Shown: positions 49,236 through 59,001, counted from the first letter of the stretch. The stretch is DNA of 64,000 nt from Oscillospiraceae bacterium (GCA_045540255.1 JAZQGZ010000084.1:14042-78041); one strand, 5' to 3'. Program-made: numbers and translations. Notes: generated from the letters alone by a model not told the origin.

Positions 49236-52200
49236 TGAACTGGACAGAAGAACAGCTTGCTGCCATCGATTTCCCCGTCAAGGACGGCAAAAAGCTCTCC
49301 CCTGATATGCGGTCTGCTACCGTGACAGCAGCCGCAGGAAGCGGAAAGACCGCACTTCTTGTAGAACGTGTTATTCGTATCCTGTGCGATACGGAAAACC
49401 CGATACCTGCTGACAAGATCGCAATAATGACATTCACAAGGAACTCTGCCGAGGAATTCAGACGCAGAATGACCGATGCAGTTGCATCTGCCGCCAGAAA
49501 AGATCCGCTTAACACCTATCTTTCAGAGCAGCTTATACGCTTTCGCAGTGCCCCTATCAGCACGATAAGTTCATTCTGCCTTGGCATAATACGCGACCAT
49601 GCTCAGAGCTTCGGACTTCCGCTCAGCGTAGGCATAATCGACGAGTCCAAAGCCGCACTGCTGAGATCCGATGCCCTTGATACAACAATGGAATATTTCT
49701 ATTCCGACAGGTTTGACTCTGAAAGCAGGGATCTTCTCTTCAAGACATTCTCTTTCCGCGATGACAGATCTCTTTCCGAGGCTGTAAGCGATATTTATAA
49801 CCGTATCACATCACTCTCCGATCCCGATAAATGGCTGGACGAATGTGTAAATGCTTATACTTCATTTGAAGCTGCCGAAAAGCGTTTTTTACCTTACTAT
49901 ACCCAGAAGATAAAACGACTTCTCGGAAGCTGCCGCAACAGTTTTTACAGCTATGCCGCTATGATCAAAGCTCTGCCTGACGATCACGATGACAAAGAAA
50001 AGCTTACCAAAATGCTTCTCAATGACGAGGCAAAGCTGCTTATTGCCGAGGGAACATTCGCAGAATACGAAAAAACACCTTCGCTGATAAAGCTCACTAA
50101 ATTTCCATCTGAAATAGGAGCGAATGAAAAAGGTACAATAAGATTCTCACCGCTTTATTGTGCGGATATCGAACTTAAAGCAGATATAGAATCGATGAGG
50201 AATAAGCTTAAAACTCATTTCAAAGAGATACTTACTGCAATACCAGATACAGGAATGATACGCGATGAACTACCTAACCAGCACATCGCTGTCAGATCCC
50301 TGGTCTCCCTTATCAGGTGCTATGGAGATGAATACACCAGGCTGAAGCGCGATGGAGGATTTGTAGACTTTTCAGATTGCGAACGTCTTCTGCTTGAAAA
50401 ACTACGCAGTGACAAAGTGTTCCGTGCCGAATTATCCGAGCGTTTTCGCTGTATTATCGTTGACGAGTTTCAGGACACCAATGATATTCAGTATGAAATA
50501 TTTACTCTCATTTCCAACAGAGAAAACAACCTTTTCTTTGTAGGAGATATCAAGCAGTCGATCTACGCATTCCGTGGTGGCAATCCGCGCATCATGCTCT
50601 CACTCTGTGATCCTTATATCGGTCAGCGGCTGACACCGCTTCCCGATGGGATACTGAAAAAACTCAGACTACGCAAAACAAAAACAACCGTTAACTTACC
50701 CCAAACCCGCATACTGAAGAGCGGATGCAGGGTATTTGACCTCGGCTGCAAGCACACCGCACTTCCGCTTAACAAGAACTTCAGAAGCCGACAAGAGGTC
50801 ATCGATACAGTCAATGCGATGTTTACAGGACTGATGACGCAGAAATACGGTGATGTCGATTATAATGACACGACAAAACTCGTCTGCGGAGCCACGTTTC
50901 CTAAAAATAAAGGGGACTATATTTCAGAGCTTCATCTTCTTGATTGTGAAAACGAAGAAGATAAAGTACTTGCCGAGGCAAGCTACACGGCTGATCTCAT
51001 CCATAAAATGCTGCTGAAAGGCTTTCCTGTAAAACAGGATGACAAGCAGACACGCCCATGTAACTGCGGAGATTTTTGTATCCTCATGCGGTCTTCAACA
51101 CACATGGATGTATTCCGTCAGGAGCTCATCAAACGCGGTATTCCTGTAAATGCAGGCGAAAACTCAAACTATCTTGCCTCGCAGGAAATAAACCTTATCC
51201 TTAACTATCTGAAAGTAATAGATAATCCGCTTCGCGATGAGGAGCTTATCCAGGTTCTCATGTCGCCGCTTTATGAAATGAGCGCACAGGAGCTTGCCGA
51301 GGCAAGGCTCGGTACCCTGGGTATCGACAGGAAAAAATGCAAGGATATCGATCTCACTCCGCTTTACGAGCATTATAAAAACACCAGTCTGTTCGCTTGT
51401 ATAAGTGCCTGCGCAAGATCTGCCGACAGCTCCTCTTTTGGTGCTTTCACAGACGAGCTTTCCGAAAGCGATCTTTCGAAACTGCGCTCCAAGGGGCATC
51501 CGAAATGCGTTAAATTCATCGAATCGCTTACTTCTTTCCGCTCGTTCAAAGCAAACAATTCAATCGAGCGACTAATAAGAAAAATATATGATGACACAGA
51601 CTTCTACTCTGTCATCTCTGCCTTTGAGCAAGGCAATCAGCGCCTTGCAAACATACGCCTGCTGCTTAAATATGCCGCAGACTTCGAAAATACTGGCGGT
51701 GGCACTCTTGGTGATTTCCTGCGGTATACAGATAATGTGCGCAAGGCTAATGAGAACCTTGCACAGGCATCTACAGAAGACAATGAAAACTGCGTCAGAA
51801 TAATGACATTCCATGCCTCAAAGGGACTTGAGATGCCCATAGTAATACTTGCAGAGCTTGGAAAAGGCTCAAACAAGTCGGACACCAGCGGTGCCGTAGT
51901 ATTCAACCGTGACGCAGGTCTTGGCCTTCGTTATGTCGATGTTAATCTTCGCTACCGTTACAAGCCTTTTGGCTATACAGCTATTACTATGGCTGAGGAA
52001 GTAAAGCAAAAGGGCGAAGAGCTTCGCCTGCTCTATGTTGCCATGACAAGAGCCAGAGAAAAGCTGATAATGATCGGAAAATGCCGCCAGAGTGAGATAA
52101 ATTCACTTAAGGTTGACTACTTCACAGCAGATTTCGCTATGACAGAGGAAGGTATGCTTAGCTGGATACTGGCATCGTTACTGAGATTTTCGGGCGGCAA

Positions 52201-53029
52201 AAAGATATGCCGCGGACCAAGGATATTTGACAACAGGGTGCTTCGTGCTGTATTCACGGATAATATCCCATATTTCAACGCAACCGAAATCACTGATGAG
52301 GTCTCTGAACAAATATCCGAACCTGATATCGAGCTTGCTGAACGTATTAAAACAGCACTGAACAAAAGCTATAACAATTCTGTTGAAACAACAGCAAGGA
52401 GCAAATTCACTGTAACAGAAGTTGCACACATGATCGAAAAACTCACTCTGCCCGAAGATAGCAGCGGAGGTACAGTCTTCATGAGCAGGCCGTCATTCGT
52501 ACCCAGAGGCTCTCTAAGCGGAAAAGAGGTCGGTGACGCATACCACCACGTCATGGAGCACTTCCCGATACAGGAGCTTATTGCAGGCAAAAAGGCTGAT
52601 ATTCCCTTCGTGACAGAAGTGCTGACAACACTCAAAAATCGCAGCATACTAAGCGATGCGGAATACAAAGCCGTCAGACCGCAGCACATCTCCGCTTTCT
52701 TCAACAGCGAGCTGGGACAACGTATGCTTAAGAGCAAGCGTATTGAGCGCGAGTACCCGATATTTGCAGAAGTGACCGCCCGCGACATCTTTGTAGAGCA
52801 GGACGGAAAAACCATGATACAAGGTCGCGCCGATATGTTCTTCTATGAAGATGATGGCATCGTGCTTGTTGACTATAAGAGCGATACAAAACAAAATCTT
52901 GAAAAGGAGCTTTCGGCTTATTCACGACAGCTTTCGATATACCGCACTATACTCCCCATAATGACAGGAGTAAAGGTCAAGGAGATACTTATATACTCAT
53001 TCTCCTGTGACGTGGCGGTTTCAGTTTAA
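49235..53029 (+). CDS. addA: ATP-dependent helicase/nuclease AddAB, subunit AddA
   Basis: 1264 aa. UvrD/Rep helicase motifs AAAGSGKT, DEFQDTN, GDIKQSIYAFRG, NFRSR and VAMTRAREKL. C-terminal nuclease motif GRADMFFYEDDGIVLVDYKSD. Confidence 0.95.
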   Translation: MNWTEEQLAAIDFPVKDGKKLSPDMRSATVTAAAGSGKTALLVERVIRILCDTENPIPADKIAIMTFTRNSAEEFRRRMTDAVASAARKDPLNTYLSEQLIRFRSAPISTISSFCLGIIRDHAQSFGLPLSVGIIDESKAALLRSDALDTTMEYFYSDRFDSESRDLLFKTFSFRDDRSLSEAVSDIYNRITSLSDPDKWLDECVNAYTSFEAAEKRFLPYYTQKIKRLLGSCRNSFYSYAAMIKALPDDHDDKEKLTKMLLNDEAKLLIAEGTFAEYEKTPSLIKLTKFPSEIGANEKGTIRFSPLYCADIELKADIESMRNKLKTHFKEILTAIPDTGMIRDELPNQHIAVRSLVSLIRCYGDEYTRLKRDGGFVDFSDCERLLLEKLRSDKVFRAELSERFRCIIVDEFQDTNDIQYEIFTLISNRENNLFFVGDIKQSIYAFRGGNPRIMLSLCDPYIGQRLTPLPDGILKKLRLRKTKTTVNLPQTRILKSGCRVFDLGCKHTALPLNKNFRSRQEVIDTVNAMFTGLMTQKYGDVDYNDTTKLVCGATFPKNKGDYISELHLLDCENEEDKVLAEASYTADLIHKMLLKGFPVKQDDKQTRPCNCGDFCILMRSSTHMDVFRQELIKRGIPVNAGENSNYLASQEINLILNYLKVIDNPLRDEELIQVLMSPLYEMSAQELAEARLGTLGIDRKKCKDIDLTPLYEHYKNTSLFACISACARSADSSSFGAFTDELSESDLSKLRSKGHPKCVKFIESLTSFRSFKANNSIERLIRKIYDDTDFYSVISAFEQGNQRLANIRLLLKYAADFENTGGGTLGDFLRYTDNVRKANENLAQASTEDNENCVRIMTFHASKGLEMPIVILAELGKGSNKSDTSGAVVFNRDAGLGLRYVDVNLRYRYKPFGYTAITMAEEVKQKGEELRLLYVAMTRAREKLIMIGKCRQSEINSLKVDYFTADFAMTEEGMLSWILASLLRFSGGKKICRGPRIFDNRVLRAVFTDNIPYFNATEITDEVSEQISEPDIELAERIKTALNKSYNNSVETTARSKFTVTEVAHMIEKLTLPEDSSGGTVFMSRPSFVPRGSLSGKEVGDAYHHVMEHFPIQELIAGKKADIPFVTEVLTTLKNRSILSDAEYKAVRPQHISAFFNSELGQRMLKSKRIEREYPIFAEVTARDIFVEQDGKTMIQGRADMFFYEDDGIVLVDYKSDTKQNLEKELSAYSRQLSIYRTILPIMTGVKVKEILIYSFSCDVAVSV

Positions 53030-53044
53030 TAATGAGGTGATACT

Positions 53045-54307
53045 ACGAAAAAGCATATTTTTACAAAAATCATTGCATTTCTTCTGAGTGCCACAACGCT
53101 CAGTGCCTATGCTTATGCGGAAAGTGCGGGGTTCAGAAATGAGCAAAGTCTTATTTCAAATGCGAGAGCACCCTATGACAGCAAATACACCAACATCCAA
53201 TGGCAGCTTGAAGCTGCTGAAAAAGTCGGAGCACCTGTTGTATATGAGGAGAGCGTACTCATTCCCCAAGGGAATGAGATAATTCGACTTTCCGAAGATA
53301 ACGGCACAAAAATGGCAGCCATAAAGCTGCCTGAGGATATATGCATCGACTATTCAGGTGCGATGCTGGGTAAGGTCCTCGTTCAACCGACCGTCAGCGG
53401 TATCTGCACAGTAGATTTCACCGATGGCAACATAACAGGACATAAAAGCTTTAACGGTACCGTTGACAGCGATGTGGCAGTGATAGACAATATGGCGTAT
53501 TTCTCCGTAAAAAGCGGAAGCAGCGAAACATTCTACTGCATAGACTACAGCGCCGATATGGATATCCTATGGGAGTACACTGCCGAAGCTGATATAACCT
53601 CGCCTGCTGTACAAGGCGACTATGTGATATTCGGCGCAGGAGATGAACTGATCACCTGTCACTACAAGGATGGCATAGCATGTGAGATCCCCGTAGGCAG
53701 AGAGATAACAGGAGCTCCTTTTGCTTCACAATACGCTATATTTTTCACTACTGCGGACGGAAAAGCCGTAAAACTCCGTCTTAATGCTGACGGCACGATG
53801 GAGGAGGATACTCTTCTCTCCTGCGAGACAGGCACAAATTCCTCCGCACCACTTGCCTACAACAATAAGCTGTATGTTACCTCAGATACAGGACTGCATA
53901 TACTCGACAGCCTTAATATGGATATAACAAAGACATTTTCCGACATCAAGAACGGCAGCGATCCGATAATCTGTCGCGGTAATGGAACACGTATTTATAC
54001 TGTCAGCACCTACAGTGAGGGCGGATGGGCACTTCACAGCATATACGATGAGGGCGTGGATAACGATCCTATTGATGAACCACTGGCGGGACTAAACAAC
54101 TTTTCCAAGGGAAAGATCGCGGTATCGCCTGGGGGAACCATGTATTTCCGTGACGATATCGGCAGAATCTTTGCACTTACTCTGGTTGAATATGACATCG
54201 TCACTATCGTATTGAAGCTTCTGACACTGGTACTTATAATAGGCGGAATCTTCTTCTGGATACGTCTTGTAGGCAAACGAAGGGCAGCAAATAATCCAAT
54301 GTACTGA
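53045..54307 (+). CDS. PQQ-like/BamB-like beta-propeller repeat protein with a signal peptide and a C-terminal TM anchor; start codon uncertain (ACG at 53045?)
   Basis: The frame is open from 53036. It encodes (T)KKHIFTKIIAFLLSATTLSAYAYA (signal peptide) upstream of the first ATG at 53312. GAGGTGA lies at 53034-53040. The C-terminus IVLKLLTLVLIIGGIFFWIRLVGKRR is a TM anchor. Confidence 0.7.
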   Translation, partial: TKKHIFTKIIAFLLSATTLSAYAYAESAGFRNEQSLISNARAPYDSKYTNIQWQLEAAEKVGAPVVYEESVLIPQGNEIIRLSEDNGTKMAAIKLPEDICIDYSGAMLGKVLVQPTVSGICTVDFTDGNITGHKSFNGTVDSDVAVIDNMAYFSVKSGSSETFYCIDYSADMDILWEYTAEADITSPAVQGDYVIFGAGDELITCHYKDGIACEIPVGREITGAPFASQYAIFFTTADGKAVKLRLNADGTMEEDTLLSCETGTNSSAPLAYNNKLYVTSDTGLHILDSLNMDITKTFSDIKNGSDPIICRGNGTRIYTVSTYSEGGWALHSIYDEGVDNDPIDEPLAGLNNFSKGKIAVSPGGTMYFRDDIGRIFALTLVEYDIVTIVLKLLTLVLIIGGIFFWIRLVGKRRAANNPMY

Positions 54308-54318
54308 TGGAGCACAAA

Positions 54319-55290
54319 ATGAAAAAGATTCTATTTATCGCCACAGGCGGTACTATCGCCTGTACACAATCCGCTGACGGACTTGCTCCCGAAGCAACTG
54401 GACGCGAGCTTCTCGAAAAAATACCAGATCTCCACGGGAAATGCGAGATCGACGCTATACAGTTATTCAATCTCGACAGCACCAATATGTCCCCTCGTGA
54501 ATGGACTGAAATATCAAATACTGTCCAACGTGCTTACAGCGACTATGACGGATTTGTTATCGCCCACGGAACCGACACCCTTGCTTATGCAGCGTCAGCA
54601 CTAAGCTGCCTTATCCAGTACAGCGGAAAGCCCATTGTTATCACAGGGTCACAAAAGCCGATGAGCGATGAGAACTCAGACGCACCACAAAATCTCTATG
54701 ACGCTTTTATTACAGCCTGCAGCAATATTTGCGGCGTTGCTGTTGTGTTCTGTAGCAGAATAATTGACGGAAGATACGCCAAAAAGATACACACCCGTGA
54801 CTTTGATGCCTTTCACAGCATGAATGGCTCTGACATCGGATCTGTAAAGGACGGTTCTGCAACTCTTTTCAAGGAATTCGACTGCGAAGCCGCTCCCATT
54901 TTCTTCAACAGGATGGATACATCGGTTTCAGTTGTGAAGCTCATCCCTGCCCTTGATCCCGCTATTCTGGACTTCGCCGCGCAGCGAAGCAGGGTTATCA
55001 TTATCGAGGGCTTCGGTACAGGCGGCATCCCCGATTACGGAAACAGCGAATTCGAGCAGAAGCTTGCCGAGCTTGTAATAAACGGAGTTATCATAGTAAT
55101 GACTACGCAGGTGCTTCAGGGTGGATGTGATATGTCATTATATGAAGTCGGCAGGAACGTTGCAAAAAAATACGGCATAATCGAAGCGAAGCAGATGACG
55201 ACCGAGATGGCTTCAATGAAAGCCATGTGGGCACTGGCCTACTCCTACAGCAGAGAGGATTTTGCCATGCTTTTTACAAGGGAAATATGA
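54319..55290 (+). CDS. ansA: Type I L-asparaginase
   Basis: Motifs IATGGTIA and AHGTDTLAY. The ATG at 54319 follows GGAG. The alternative ATG at 54307 overlaps the upstream stop. Confidence 0.9.
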   Translation: MKKILFIATGGTIACTQSADGLAPEATGRELLEKIPDLHGKCEIDAIQLFNLDSTNMSPREWTEISNTVQRAYSDYDGFVIAHGTDTLAYAASALSCLIQYSGKPIVITGSQKPMSDENSDAPQNLYDAFITACSNICGVAVVFCSRIIDGRYAKKIHTRDFDAFHSMNGSDIGSVKDGSATLFKEFDCEAAPIFFNRMDTSVSVVKLIPALDPAILDFAAQRSRVIIIEGFGTGGIPDYGNSEFEQKLAELVINGVIIVMTTQVLQGGCDMSLYEVGRNVAKKYGIIEAKQMTTEMASMKAMWALAYSYSREDFAMLFTREI

Positions 55291-55320
55291 TATGAGAGCA
55301 TACTGTCTGACGGAGGAATA

Positions 55321-55947
55321 ATGAAAAACAACTTGATCCAGGACGTAAGCAACTTTATCTTTATCGAAGATACTCCCCTGCCCTCCGACCTTATAATTGC
55401 AGTTGGAGGCTCTCTGCCGCAGATAGCGGAAAAAGCGGCACAGCTTTACTGCGATGGCTATGCGCCTTATGTAATTGCAGGCGGCGGCTTTAGTGTGAAG
55501 CTCGGAAGATTCAAAGGGGTATCGGACAAAAAGGAGATCTATAGCAAAGAATATCGTACTGAAGCAGACTTCTATGCTGATGTTCTGAGCCGAAACGGAG
55601 TACCCATGTCCGCAATCCTTCTTGAAGACAAGTCGGGATATACGCGTCAGAATGCCGAATTTGCAAAAGCTTTAACAAAGGAACATGGCATTTCGGTTGA
55701 AAGGCTTATTATCGTCTGCAAAGCATTCCATGCACGAAGGTGTCAGATGTTCTTTCAATCGGTGTTCAGAGACTCTGAGGTGCTGATAATTCCTGCAGAT
55801 ATTGAGAACAGCGAGCTTGGGCTCACCAGGGATAACTGGTACAAGAGTGAATACGGCATAAAACGTGTTCTCGGGGAACTTTCACGCTGCGGAGAACAGA
55901 TAACATCGGACGACATTAATAATTATATTGCAGGAGGGCGAGTATGA
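55321..55947 (+). CDS. YdcF/DUF218 (ElyC/SanA-like) family protein
   Basis: 208 aa. DLIIAVGGS...YVIAGGG and the overall pattern are typical of DUF218, recalled from memory. Confidence 0.75.
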   Translation: MKNNLIQDVSNFIFIEDTPLPSDLIIAVGGSLPQIAEKAAQLYCDGYAPYVIAGGGFSVKLGRFKGVSDKKEIYSKEYRTEADFYADVLSRNGVPMSAILLEDKSGYTRQNAEFAKALTKEHGISVERLIIVCKAFHARRCQMFFQSVFRDSEVLIIPADIENSELGLTRDNWYKSEYGIKRVLGELSRCGEQITSDDINNYIAGGRV

Positions 55948-56474
55948 ACGACATTACAGAGATAATAAAAAAACGCTCAAGCTACCGCGGTGAATATACC
56001 TCGCAAGCAATCCCACGTGAGCATCTTACGGAGATAATGGAAGCAGGACTTGCGGCTCCCTCAGGCTGCAACAAACAGACTACATCGCTTATCGCCGTGG
56101 ACGACCCTGCGATTCTTTCGGAGTTACTTTCGATGATCGACCCACCGATATGCCGCACAGCACCTGCCCTAATATGTGTGCTTACACAGGAGATTTGCGC
56201 ATATCGAGATAAACGCTTCAACGTGCAGGACTACTCAGCAGCAATAGAAAATATGCTGCTTGTGATAAAGGCACTGGGTTACGAAAGCTGCTGGTATGAG
56301 GGGCATATCACGGACGACGATGATATAGGCGGAAAACTTGCAAGGCACCTCGGCGTCCCCGACGAATATCGTATGGTGTGCATACTTCCTGTCGGAGTTC
56401 CTGCGGAGCCTGTAAAATATGTAAGCAAAAAGCCGTTCAACGAACGTGCATGGTTTAACGGATACAAAAAATAA
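55944..56474 (+). CDS. Nitroreductase family protein
   Basis: 176 aa. KKRSSYRG...[11 protein letters not shown] is a nitroreductase N-terminus. Overlaps the upstream gene by 4 nt. Confidence 0.85.
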   Translation: MNDITEIIKKRSSYRGEYTSQAIPREHLTEIMEAGLAAPSGCNKQTTSLIAVDDPAILSELLSMIDPPICRTAPALICVLTQEICAYRDKRFNVQDYSAAIENMLLVIKALGYESCWYEGHITDDDDIGGKLARHLGVPDEYRMVCILPVGVPAEPVKYVSKKPFNERAWFNGYKK

Positions 56475-56488
56475 TAAGGAGAAATATC

Positions 56489-57181
56489 ATGCTTGAAGAA
56501 CTGAAAAGAAAAGTCTACGAAGCTAATATGCTTCTTCCGAAGCACGGACTTGTGACATTCACATGGGGTAATGTTTCGGGAATTGACCGCGAAAAGGGTC
56601 TTGTTGTTATCAAGCCCTCCGGGGTTGAATACGATGTGATGGGCCCCGAGGACATGGTGGTGGTCGATCTCGCAACAGGCGAGCGTGTTGAAGGCAGGCT
56701 CAACCCCAGCTCTGACACGCCTACTCACCTTGTATTGTACAGAAATTTCCCCAATATCGGTGGAGTTGTACATACTCACAGTAGATGGGCTACAGTGTAT
56801 TCACAGTCCGGCAAGGGTATTCCCGCACTCGGCACTACTCATGCCGACTATTTCTACGGCGAGATCCCCTGTACACGCAAAATGACCCCCGAAGAAATAA
56901 GCGGCGCATACGAGCATGAAACGGGTAATGTTATTGTAGAAACATTCAAGGACAGACCCGCAGATGATATCCCCGCTGTACTTGTACACAGCCACGGACC
57001 CTTCACATGGGGAACCGATCCAAACAACGCAGTTCATAATGCGGTAGTGCTGGAGGAGCTTGCGTTCATGGCATGGCACAATCAGATGATGGATCCTTCT
57101 ATCCCATCAATGCAGCAGGAGCTTATGGATAAGCACTATCTCAGAAAGCATGGCGCGAACGCCTATTACGGACAGAAATGA
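56489..57181 (+). CDS. araD: L-ribulose-5-phosphate 4-epimerase
   Basis: 230 aa. [20 protein letters not shown] and VHTHSRWAT are class II aldolase/AraD signatures. Confidence 0.92.
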   Translation: MLEELKRKVYEANMLLPKHGLVTFTWGNVSGIDREKGLVVIKPSGVEYDVMGPEDMVVVDLATGERVEGRLNPSSDTPTHLVLYRNFPNIGGVVHTHSRWATVYSQSGKGIPALGTTHADYFYGEIPCTRKMTPEEISGAYEHETGNVIVETFKDRPADDIPAVLVHSHGPFTWGTDPNNAVHNAVVLEELAFMAWHNQMMDPSIPSMQQELMDKHYLRKHGANAYYGQK

Positions 57182-57190
57182 GGTAAACAC

Positions 57191-58060
57191 ATGGATATTA
57201 CACTGAAAAACGGCGACGTTTCCGCAAAGATAATCTCAAAAGGTGCAGAGCTGAAATCGCTTATCGTAAACGGCAGAGAGCTGCTGTGGCGTGCCGATCC
57301 CACATTCTGGGGAAAGACATCTCCCCTGCTGTTCCCTATGATAGGAACACTCAAAGACGGAAAAACACTTATCGACGGCAAAGAATACCGTATCACAAAG
57401 CATGGCTTTGCTCGTGATTTAGAACTTACTCCCGAGGAATTCAACTCTAACAGTGCGATGTTCTCTCTCGAACAGAACGAGACCACAAAGGCTATGTTTC
57501 CGTTTGACTTCCGATTTACAGTAAGGTACACACTCAAGGCTGACGGACTTACTGTCACATACAGGGTACGCAACAACACGGATAAGCCGATGCCATTCTG
57601 CATAGGCGCCCACCCTGCGTTTGCCTGCGACGGCGACATGACGGACTACCGCCTTGAATTCCCTAAGCTTGAGACCGCAGAAGTGCCTAACTACAACCTT
57701 GAAACAGGGCTTCACGAGGAAAACAACCGCCGTCCGCTCATGAACGAAGCAACTGAACTTTCTCTCAGCCATGAAATGTTCTACGAGGATGTGTGCTACT
57801 TCGACAAGGTTCGCTCACGCTCTGTTTTCCTGCTTAACAAGGATAACAGCGGTGTGCGTGTGGATTTCCCAGATTTCACAAGCCTCGGCGTATGGCAGGC
57901 AAAGGACGCACCTTTCCTGTGTATCGAGCCGTGGTGCGGCTCAGCCGACTTTGACGACTGCACGGGTGTATTCTCTGAAAAACGTGGCATTGAGATACTC
58001 CAGCCAGATACTGAAAAAGCATTTACTTATTCTATAACGGCGATCAACAACAAAAAGTGA
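57191..58060 (+). CDS. Aldose 1-epimerase family protein (LacX-like)
   Basis: 289 aa. LFPMIGTL..G and GAHPAF motifs of the small mutarotase family. Confidence 0.85.
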   Translation: MDITLKNGDVSAKIISKGAELKSLIVNGRELLWRADPTFWGKTSPLLFPMIGTLKDGKTLIDGKEYRITKHGFARDLELTPEEFNSNSAMFSLEQNETTKAMFPFDFRFTVRYTLKADGLTVTYRVRNNTDKPMPFCIGAHPAFACDGDMTDYRLEFPKLETAEVPNYNLETGLHEENNRRPLMNEATELSLSHEMFYEDVCYFDKVRSRSVFLLNKDNSGVRVDFPDFTSLGVWQAKDAPFLCIEPWCGSADFDDCTGVFSEKRGIEILQPDTEKAFTYSITAINNKK

Positions 58061-58096
58061 TCGATATAAGTATTAAACATATTCACATAACATACC

Positions 58097-58130
58097 AAAA
58101 CCGCCCAAGCCTTTGCTTGAGCGGTTTTAT
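58097..58130 (+). terminator. Rho-independent terminator ending the 15-kb co-directional array
   Basis: Stem AAAACCGCCCAAGC/GCTTGAGCGGTTTT (one mismatch), followed by a T-rich run. Confidence 0.65.
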
Positions 58131-58139
58131 GTTGTCTTG

Positions 58140-58259
58140 CTATGATCTTGAACGACTTCTCTGAACACAATATAACAGTAGGTAGTCAGTAGTACCCTTT
58201 GCAAATCCGTTTAAATTTGCCGTAAAATTGGCGGTCAAGCTGCGCTGTTCGTCTGCCAT
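58140..58259 (-). other. 39-codon orphan ORF with a strong RBS (possible gene fragment)
   Basis: AAGGAGA lies 7 nt before the ATG at 58259. Translation: MADEQRSLTANFTANLNGFAKGTTDYLLLYCVQRSRSRS. Confidence 0.25.
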
Positions 58260-58410
58260 AATATTTCTCCTTAAAAAGCAAAAGCACCTGCGTTCAGCAA
58301 ATGCTTTAATTATTAAACAGGTAACAAAAAAGAGCACATTTCTACGCTCCTAACAGGCGCCCGGATTTCAACCGGAGCTACGGCAATCACCGTGTACTCA
58401 CCCTATACGA

Positions 58411-58611
58411 CTACCTGTTATTGTAATTATACCATAACTTATTGACTCTGTCAATCATTTTCCTCTCTTTATCACTAATATGTGTAGTGCCGTTCTCGCC
58501 ATGATTATATCCATAGTGTGTATGGTATCCCTTTATTTCATTATGCGGATGGTCCAAGTCCACCGATTTATACCGCTTATTATTTTTGTCGTAATAAGTA
58601 ATAGTCTTCAA
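58411..58611 (-). other. 66-codon His/Tyr/Asn-rich orphan ORF (TTG start), function unknown
   Basis: ORF-track translation: MKTITYYDKNNKRYKSVDLDHPHNEIKGYHTHYGYNHGENG.... No convincing RBS. Directly follows the truncated protease. Confidence 0.25.
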
Positions 58612-58621
58612 CTTATCTTCG

Positions 58622-58828
58622 CTATTGACAGTTACATATCGCCCTCACATTCGGATTGCGTGAGATAGCACGCCTGAAAGCGCCTGCGCTGACCTTTTCC
58701 ACAAAGGAACCCGTAGCTCTTGCCGCCATCTGCGGAGGAAGTACACGACTGTCACGCTCGACGGCGTTGACGTAGCCAGAGATATGCACCTCGCCGCTGC
58801 TTCTTATCTCGATCTTCAACATTTCCAC
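58622..58828 (-). pseudogene. HK97-family phage prohead protease, N-terminal fragment only
   Basis: IEIRSSGEVHISGYVNAVERDSRVL...FVEKVSAGAFRRAISRNPNVRA matches the N-terminal 60-65 residues of S78-type prohead proteases. The frame stops where the conserved L.NH motif should follow. Confidence 0.6.
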
Positions 58829-59001
58829 CCCCTTTCAACTGAAAAATGGCAATAAAAAAGCACCCCATTCGGAGTGCTGAATTATTAAACTAAGGGCAGT
58901 GCATATTGCTACAGCTCATCACCGCCCGTCCAAAGCCTTTCGGCTTTAATATCAATAAAAAAGCGCCTTGCAATTGATTGCAAAACGCTTGAAATATTTA
59001 A

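Noticed and set aside
50600-50765. Apparently long, basic spacer between AddA helicase motifs III and IV (…GILKKLRLRKTKTTVNLPQTRILKSG…)
   Set aside because: I cannot judge whether this is an insertion without an alignment to other AddA proteins. My memory of the B. subtilis spacing is not reliable enough to make a claim.
53312-53314. First ATG taken as the start of the beta-propeller protein
   Set aside because: It would discard an in-frame, stop-free 89-codon extension (from the ACG at 53045) that encodes a canonical signal peptide. No RBS precedes 53312.
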